DNA of 39,946 bases, from assembly GCA_964499005.1 (NCBI GenBank), contig CAZCKE010000001.1:1-39946 (forward strand), read 5' to 3'. Position numbers and translations under genes: made by a program. This document shows, in pieces, positions 1-9,000 of the stretch. Each line of letters opens with the position of its first letter. Within the stretch, counting starts at the first letter, position 1. The notes beneath the pieces are model-generated. The model made no database searches. It was not told where the DNA came from and saw only the letters and a list, made by a program, of their open reading frames with translations. The stretch is from an uncultured Tepidisphaeraceae bacterium (GTDB taxonomy: Bacteria; Planctomycetota; Phycisphaerae; Tepidisphaerales; Tepidisphaeraceae).

Positions 1-3000
1 GGCAGTTATCAGGTCCAGGTTTCCATTCAGGACTTCAATGGCCAAACCAGTCCATTGAGCACAGTGGCTCTGGTCAACTATACCGGCGCCACGGCGCCGA
101 CGGCTCCCACGAACTTCGCCGTCAGCGCCGGCCAGACCAATACGACCTTCTCCTGGAGCGGCGGCAGCGGAACCAACTTTTCCGGTTTCATGGTCTACGG
201 CATTACCAGCTCCAATACCGTGGTTACTTTGGGTACGACGGGCTCTTCGACCCGAAGCCTCACCATTGCCAACTCCTCCATGCCAAGTACGGTCGTGCAG
301 GCCTTTGTGGTCGCCGAGACATCGACCTTTCCTGTCGCTTATTCCCAATACTCCAACATTGCCGCCGTCCGGGTCAACAGCCTTTCTGTTCCCGCCGCGC
401 CGGCCAATCTCGCGGCAACGTTGGCATTAAGCAGCGGTCATGCCGTGGCCAACTTAATCTGGGACAACACCTCCGACGCCGAGCTCGGGTATTACGTGCA
501 GCGGCAGTTGCACAGCAATCCCGGAAGCTGGGCGACCATCGCCACCCTCGCCGCCGACCAAGACTCCTACGCGGACACGATCCCCGATGTCAGCAAAATC
601 TATGACTATCAAATCATCGCGTTCAACAACAAAGGCAATTCCTCGGCATCCAATACCGTGACCGTGTCGTGCCTTCCGACCGTGACGCTGGGATCGATCC
701 CCAGCGCCACCGAAGGCTCGGGCATGACCCTAACCTCCACGACAAGTCCGGCGATCTCCGGGGACAGCCTGAGCTACGCCTGGTCGATCTTCGATCAGAA
801 CGGGAACCCCTACACACCCAGCGGCGTGGCGCTGAATCAATCGAGCTTGACTTTCACGCCCATTGATTCGGGCAATTGGTCCGTCAGCCTGAAGGCAACC
901 GATTCCACGATATCGTCGGGCAGCCAAATCGCCAGCACGACCATAAACAGTGGCAACATTCCCGTGGCTGTGCTTCCGCCGACCGTGACCATCAGTGGCA
1001 GTAGTTCCTATTCCGCAGGCCCCGGTGGTTACAGGCTTAATGTCTCGGCGGTTTATCCCTCCAATGATCCCGATGGCGACAGCATCAGCTCATGGACGGT
1101 CAACTGGGGGGACGGCGTACCGGGCAATCCCGATATCGTGACCTACACCAACATCGTCGATCACATCTACCACCCCTACACCACTCCCAATCCGAATGTC
1201 ACAATCACGGCCTCAGCGACGGATGATGACGGAACATACGCCGCCAACTTGATCAGCTTAACGGTGACGCCGAGCGTCTCTGACTTGAGCGCCACGGCGG
1301 ATACGCATGGGGCGATCAACGTGCGGTGGGTGTATTTCTGGCCGGGCGGGCACTTTGACATTCAGCGATCCACGGACGGCGCCACCTTCACGACCATTTC
1401 CAGCATGTCTGCCGACTCCAGCACCAACGAGCTGCTGTACACGGACACCAGCGGCCAGGCCAATACCCATTACTATTACCGTATTCATGGCACCGATAGT
1501 GCGGGATACAACTTCTATACAAATATCGCCAGCGCCACGACGGCGGCTCCCGGGACTTACGGTGCCGCGCCCCTCGATACCATCGTCGTGCCCGTGGACG
1601 GCAGCAGCGTCGTTTCCAATGTCACGCTCCTTGCCGGCGTCCATTACCTGTTGCAGGCGTCGGGCGCGTTTTTCCTCGGCGGCGATATCGGGCGGGCGGA
1701 TGCCGAATACTCCTATTCCCCCTACAACAACACGGTCATCGCCGATGACGCCAATGTCAACTACGGTGTCGACATTAACGACACTTCAAACGACCTCAAC
1801 AAATCGACATGGTGGGGACCGTACAACACCAGTCATGTGTATACAATTGACTTCATCGGGACCGGACAGCAACTCAGCTTCAACCTTCACGACGACAACT
1901 ACTCCGACAATGTTCAGGACAATAATCCCAGTCCGCTGGAAGTGCAGATATTTGCCGAATATCCGGCGGCGCCCTCCAACCTCACGGCTCAATATAGTGT
2001 GGCAAGCCAGCAAGTGAATTTGAGCTGGACCGACAACGCGGCCACTGAAACCGGCTTCCGCATTGAGCGATCCACCGATGGCCAAAACTTCTCGCTGCTA
2101 CAAACACTGAATTCCCCCAGCTCCGGAATCGGCGGAACGGTGACGGCCGCCGACGCCACCGCCGTCCTCGGTCAGAAGTATTGGTATCGAGTCTTTGCCA
2201 TCGGCCCTAGCGGCTTTGACCCTAACGCCCCGTCCAATGTGGCGGTCCTTTCACTGGCGGGCCCGACCGTTACCTTAGGATCGGTTCCCTCCGCTGCCGA
2301 AGGTTCGTCGATGACGTTGACCTCGACGGCGACGGCGGCCAATTCCAGCGATACGCTCGCCTATGCCTGGTCGATCTTCGATGCAGGGACGCTCTACACG
2401 CCATCGGGCGTTGCTCTGAATCAATCCTCCTTAACTTTCACACCCAACGATCCGGGCAACTGGTGGGCAACGCTAGCCGTGACGGAGACGCAGACAGGCG
2501 CGACCACGACGGCGAGCACGGGAACCTTTGCCGTCGCCAACCTCCCGCCGACGGTCTCCATCAGCGGAGCTTCGACGGTTGCTCAGAGCGTCGCATATAC
2601 CCTAAGTCTTTCCGCCGTCTATCCCTCCAACGACCCCGACGGGGACAGCATCAGCTCATGGCAAATTGACTGGGGGGATGGGACCTCTAGTAACCCGGAT
2701 GTGCAAACCGTTAGCGGCAATCCGTCGAGTGTCACGCATGTTTATCAGGTGCAGCCCGCTTCCGGCGTGATTACCGCGACGGCCACCGACGATGATGGAA
2801 CCTATGCGGCCAATCCACTGCATATCCAGGTGACCGCTCCGCCGGCTGTGACCATTGTCGGCGCTCCTTCCACCAGCCCGGAAGGAACGGCCATCACCCT
2901 TACCGGAACAACGTCGAACTTCCCAACGGCTCCGTCTTTCCTCTGGTCGGTGACCAAAGATGGGCAGGCTTATACTTCGGGTCTTGGCCCGACAAACCAG

Positions 3001-6000
3001 GGGAGTTTCACATTCACACCCAACGATGACGGGGTTTATGTCGTGACGCTGGTGGGAACTGCCGGCAGCGTTCAGGCGAGCAATTCCCAAACGATCAACG
3101 TGACGATGGTGGCGCCGACCGCTTCCATCATCGGATTGACTCAAACGATCACCGAAGGCAACACGGTTTATTTGGCTGCGCAAGCAAGCGACCCCAGTTC
3201 CGTTGATGCCGCGACGCTTCAATATGCCTGGACCGTGACCGCTAACGGCAACGCATTTGCCAGCGGCACCGCACAAAGCTTCTCATTTACACCGACTGAT
3301 GGCTCGGTCTACGACGTGTCTCTGACCGTCACCGATCCGGATGGCCAGTCAACGACCGTGACCGGAAGCACGCAGCCGATCCCCAAAGCGCCGATGACTC
3401 TCATCGCCGAGACAGTCGCCTCCGACACGATCAACCTCCGCTGGCAGGATGAATCGCATATCGAGGACTACTACAAGATCGAGGCTTCCAGCGACAACGG
3501 CAACACCTACGCACAGCTTGGCACAGCTTCCGTGGACATCACGCACTTTCTGGCGACCGGCTTAAATCCCGGCACGAGGTATCTGTTCCGCGTGACCGGC
3601 ATCCGCAACGGTCAAGGCACGAATATCGCCACGGCGATCGCCAGCACCGATCCTGCCGCGCTCACCGGCCTCACGGCCACGGCAGTTGCCAACAGTGATT
3701 CTCAAATTCATCTGACATGGAACGCGCCCAGCGGCTCTATCAACCCAAATATCGAAGCGATCCAGGTCGAGTATCGCTCAAACGAAGACTTCAACTACAC
3801 CCAACTTCAGCCGTTTTCTCCGACAACGACTTCAACAACGTTGACGAATCTCGACCCCAATACCGTCTATTACTTCCGTATCCGTGCCTGGACAACACCA
3901 GGTGCCTACCATGGCCCTGACTACTTGGGCAACAACGATTCAGTTAATCTCTCACCCTATTCCGCGCTCGCGACGGCCACGACAAATAATGTTTTGCCAA
4001 CGGCTCCAACAAATGTTACGGCTTCCGCTACCGGGCTGCCTGGCCAAATCCATGTCACCTGGTCAGGCGACAGCACCTATGCGGATGGATTTAATGTACG
4101 TGTTTCGACGGATGGCGGACAGAGTTTCGATCCGCCCGTGGTCACGCCCGGCCCCACTACATCAATGGTCGATTTGAACTGGTGGGATCCCCGCCAAAGC
4201 TATGTGGTCGAAGTGTCGGCATTTAATAAAGTCGGCGAATCCACATCAACTGTTTCGGGCTCAGTGACCCCTACCGCGATGGGGGCTGTCGGCAGCCTTC
4301 AGGCATCGCCGGTTTCCAATCACCAAATTCAATTGTCATGGGCGTACACACCAGCGCCATCGAGCAATTCATATTTCCCGACATTCATCATCCAAGCGAG
4401 CGTGGAAGGTGGTCCATTTGCAACGATCTGGACAACAAATGGAACCTCGTATAACGATATAAATTTGACCGCGGGGACGAGCTACACCTATCGCGTTCAA
4501 GCTCAGTACAACGGCGGTTTCTCGGACTACTCAGCATCTGCCACCGCCATCACCACCAATGCTCTTCCGTTGGATTTAAGCAATCCGAGTCTTTCCGATA
4601 CGCTCAGTTTTGGCGTCCTCAGTTTTGGCTATACGGCGCCAACGGATCTGAATCGAGACGGCATCAATGTGGAGATTTCCACCGATGGGGTGAACTATGC
4701 CCCCGCAACATTGCCCGTTTCCTTCTTCGGTGCGCCCAATAGTATTGTCGGCCTGGAACCCGGTACAACCTATTACGTCCGAGCGTATGCATACAACAGC
4801 GTGGGACGTTCGGATTATCTGTACTTCAATCCAGTCGCAACGCACGCGGTGACCAGTCCAACGATGATTAGCGCCTCTACGCCCACGGCGTCCATCGGAT
4901 ATCCGCAGGCGAATTCCAACACGCAGCTGGCGCTGCAATGGAATTATTCGCCAACACCGGGCACGAGCGAGCCTCAAAGCTTTGAAATCCAGCAACTTGC
5001 CCAGGGCGACAGCGACTACCATGACGCCGGCACCCTCCAGAACTTTAATCCATCCAACAATATTGTGACCACGCTCATCAAGAATTTAACGCCGGGGGTC
5101 AGCTACCAGTATCGGGTTCGCGCGGTCTACGCCGACTATTACAAGACGAATTGGAGCGATGCTTCGGCGCCGGTGTCAACGACAGCCCTATTGCCTTCCA
5201 TGCCCTCGAACTTGTCAGCAACGCCATCGGGCTCGACACAAGCAATTTTCAATTGGAACAGCTCTTCGCTGGTGACCGATGCCTTTAGCGTCCAGATTTC
5301 CTCCGACGGCACGAACTTCACGGATGCCGGCACAACTTTATTTGTGCCGAACGCGTCCACTTTCGGCATCCCCGTGCAGGGCCTTGCGCCATCGACGACG
5401 TATTTCTTGCGGGTCCAGGCGTTCAACAGCGTCGGCGTCTCGGGATGGACCGATGCCGTGAGCGTCACGACGGGTCCTGCGTCGAGCGGCAATGCGCCCA
5501 TCGTCCCCGTCGCTCCGAGTGCCACGACTCTCGATTCGGCAATCGCCGTGAACCCCGGCGAGATCGATTTACAGTGGACGAGCGTCGACCGGGCCACCGC
5601 CTATCTAGCGGAAATCTCCTCCGACGACACAACATTTACCCCCATCGGCCAAACATCCGGCACGAGCTACGCCGCCCGAGGCCTGACCATCTCAACGCAC
5701 TATTTCTTCCGCGTGATCGCCAGCAACGCCGGTGGCGATGCACCGCCGTCCAATGTGCTCGACGCCACCACGCCACCCTACGCAGCTCCCGCCAATTTGA
5801 CGGCAACGCCAGTCTCGCAAACACAAATCAGCCTGGCGTGGACGGAAACCAATACGGATGAAAGCGGGTTCCGGGTTGAAGAATCCACCGATGGCCTGAC
5901 ATATGCTCCGGTGAATCAGGTGAGTCATCCGCCGACCACAACGCCGTCGGATATGCGGGCCTATTTGGTGCAGGGATTGAATCCGGGCCAATTGTATTAC

Positions 6001-9000
6001 TTCCGCGTCCGTACCGTCGGACCCGGCAATGCATATGTCTCCGATGTCTCCAATGTGGCCAGCGCCGCGCCATTTGCCGTCGCGCAAGCCGCCCAGCCGA
6101 CCGGCCTGACCGTGACCGTTTTATCCAACTCCGAAATCCGCGTCCGATGGAACGACAATGCAAACAACGAGGATCACTACTCGGTCGTGCTCTACTGGAA
6201 TGGCGGGCTGGATATTCCGAACGAAACGGACGGCTCGGAGGAAAACACGATCTATGACATGCGCGAGGTCGCCTCGGACGTGAACGATGTCGTCATCGAC
6301 GACTTGCAGGGGGACACGCTCTATGAAGCGCGCGTGCACGCGACCAACTATGCCGGAGCTTCGGTGGTTTCGGACATGGTGGAAGTGCAAACACTTCCCG
6401 ATCCACCAACCGGTTTAGCCGCCGTCGCGACCTCGCCGACGACGGTTCACGTCAGTTGGAACCAGGTGCTTAGTTCCTCGGGCTATCATCTGCAACGCAG
6501 CCTTGATGGACAAAACTGGACCAGCGTCGGACCGGCGACGATCACAGACACCAGCTACGACGATACGAACGTCGGCGCCAATTACCTCTACCGTATTTCG
6601 ACGACAATGCCGGATGGCGACTCCCCGTTCAGCGCCGCGGCGGCGATATCGGAACCCAGCATTACCGATTTCAGCGCGAATAACGTCACGACGAGCGAAA
6701 TCGACCTGGCATGGACCCCGCTGAGTTCCGCGTCGAGCTACGAAATCGAACGCAGCACGGGCAACAACTTCATGTGGACGCTGCTTGCCACGGTGGATGG
6801 AAGCGCCAGCAGTTACGCCGACACTAATCTGATCACCGGAACGTCTTATTACTATCGCATACGGGCCCGCAACGCGATCGCCAGCTCGGCCTATACCAAC
6901 ATCAGCGCGATCACCATGCTGCCCACCCCGATCAATCTGGCTGGCAGCGTCTCGGCAACTTCCGCCAGCCTCAGTTGGATCAGCAGTGAAAGCGCCGTCA
7001 CTTACCTGATCCAGCAACAGATCAATGGTATCTGGCAAACCGTTTCCAGCGTGTTCAACACAAACCAAGCAACCTTCGGCGGCAGCTTCGCCCCCTCGAC
7101 GGTCTATAATTTTAGAGTCTCCGCGCGATCGGGCGGCGCCAGTTCAGATTTTTCGGATTCGCTCGCGGTCACTTCGCCGGATTTTGCCCCAACGCCGAGC
7201 GGGTTTACCGCCTCCAATCCCTCGTTCACATCGATCGATTTGTCCTGGGCCGCCAGTGCCGGCGCGCAAGATCAATTTATTCTGGAACGATCCAGCAACG
7301 GCGGGGCCTTCTCCACGATTGCTGTCCTGGATGGAAGCACCAGCGCCTTCACGGACAGCGGATTGGCTGACGGGACCTCCTACACGTACCGACTCTCGGC
7401 AAGCAATTCAGCGGGACGATCAGGCTTTACCGTGCTCAGCGCCACCACGGCTTTGGATGTACCCATTCATTTTGCCGCATCTTCCGTTACCTCTTCGGCC
7501 ATTACACTCACCTGGCAGGCGGCCAACGCCAACGCCGCTTACAATCTCTTCCAGTCCACCGATGACATCACCTGGCAGCCGCTGTCTCAACAGTCGCAGT
7601 TTGCCCGCTCGTTTGTGGTTACCGGCGCCTATCCTCCCGGCACGCCGTATTATTTCCGCATTCAAGCGTCGCTGAGCGGAATGCTCTCCGCGACGGTCGA
7701 TTTGTCGGGGACCACCCCTGCGTATCCACAGAAGCCGGCGGGGATTTCCTTAACCAATGTCGGCATGACGGGCGTCAGCATTAGCTGGACGCCCGGCTCG
7801 TCGGACGCCACGCAATTCCAAGTGCAACGCGGCATCTTCGCCAACTTCTGGCAGACGCTGGCCACAGTCGATGGCAGCGTCACATCCTATTTCGACAACT
7901 CGGTCGCTCACAATACCTCGTACAGTTACCGGATCATCGCGGTTAATGCCTTTGGACAATCGATTCCCGGCAATTCAGCCTCCATCGTCACGCCGTTGGT
8001 GGCGCCCGCGGCGCTGGCCGTGACCAGCGTCTCGGGCCATGAAACCGATCTGTCGTGGGCGCTGCCCAGCGAAGCGCTGAGCGGCCTGGATATCTACCGC
8101 TCGACCAGCGCTTCCTCGCTGGGGACGGTCATCGCGTCCATCGGGACAACGGACACCACCTATTCGGATTCAGGTCCGTTCAATTCCAATGCAACGTACT
8201 ACTATACCGTGGTTGCCAAGAGCGGATCGGTGAGCGCTGCGAGCGCGAGCGTCGCCGTCACGACGGGGAATTTCCCCCAGACTCCGACCAACGTCACCCT
8301 CGTCAACGGCAATTCGGAATATCGATTGAATTTGGCCTGGTCCGCCGTCGCGGGCGCGAGCAGTTACACGATCTATCGACGGACGGTGAGCACGCAGTGG
8401 ACCTTCATTAATACCGTCGACGGGTCGGTGCAAAGTCCCGGCTATTCCGATAGCGGGTTGGACCCCGGTCGGGCTTATGAATACCGGATCACGGCCAGCA
8501 ATGCCGCCGGCGAATCGGGATATTCCACGGTGGCGGCTTTGGCAACCTCCCTCATCGATCCGGCATCGCCTGATGGGCTGACCATCACGGCTGATCCGAA
8601 CGATGGCACGGTCCTGAACCTGACGTGGACCAATCACGCCGGCGACCAGAGCGGCTTTGAGGTGCAATCGGCCGAGTGGGGCGCCACAAACTTTGCCATG
8701 AACGATATCTATTCCTCCTCGGTGACGATCGGCCCCAGCGCCACGTCGTATCAAGCGACGGGCCTGGTCAGTGGTCAGACATATTTCTTCCGCGTGCGTG
8801 CGATCCGTCCGGATGGCCCGAGCGACTGGTCCAACGAAGCCTATGGGATCACCGCCGACCCGCAGCAGTTCGGCGGGCAATATGCCGCCGCTCCTGGCAT
8901 CGTCGGCGGCGCGCCCCTTCCCGGACCCAGCGGCTTCCTGCACCAGTACGTCGTCACCGTCAACGGCAACGACGTCTATAACTTTGTCCCGACCGCCGAC

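Noticed and set aside
3370-8840. Possibility that the regular repeats represent a CRISPR array or a simple tandem DNA repeat
   Set aside because: The periodicity is about 270-300 nt and exists at the protein-domain level inside one open frame. There are no short identical direct repeats separated by unique spacers.
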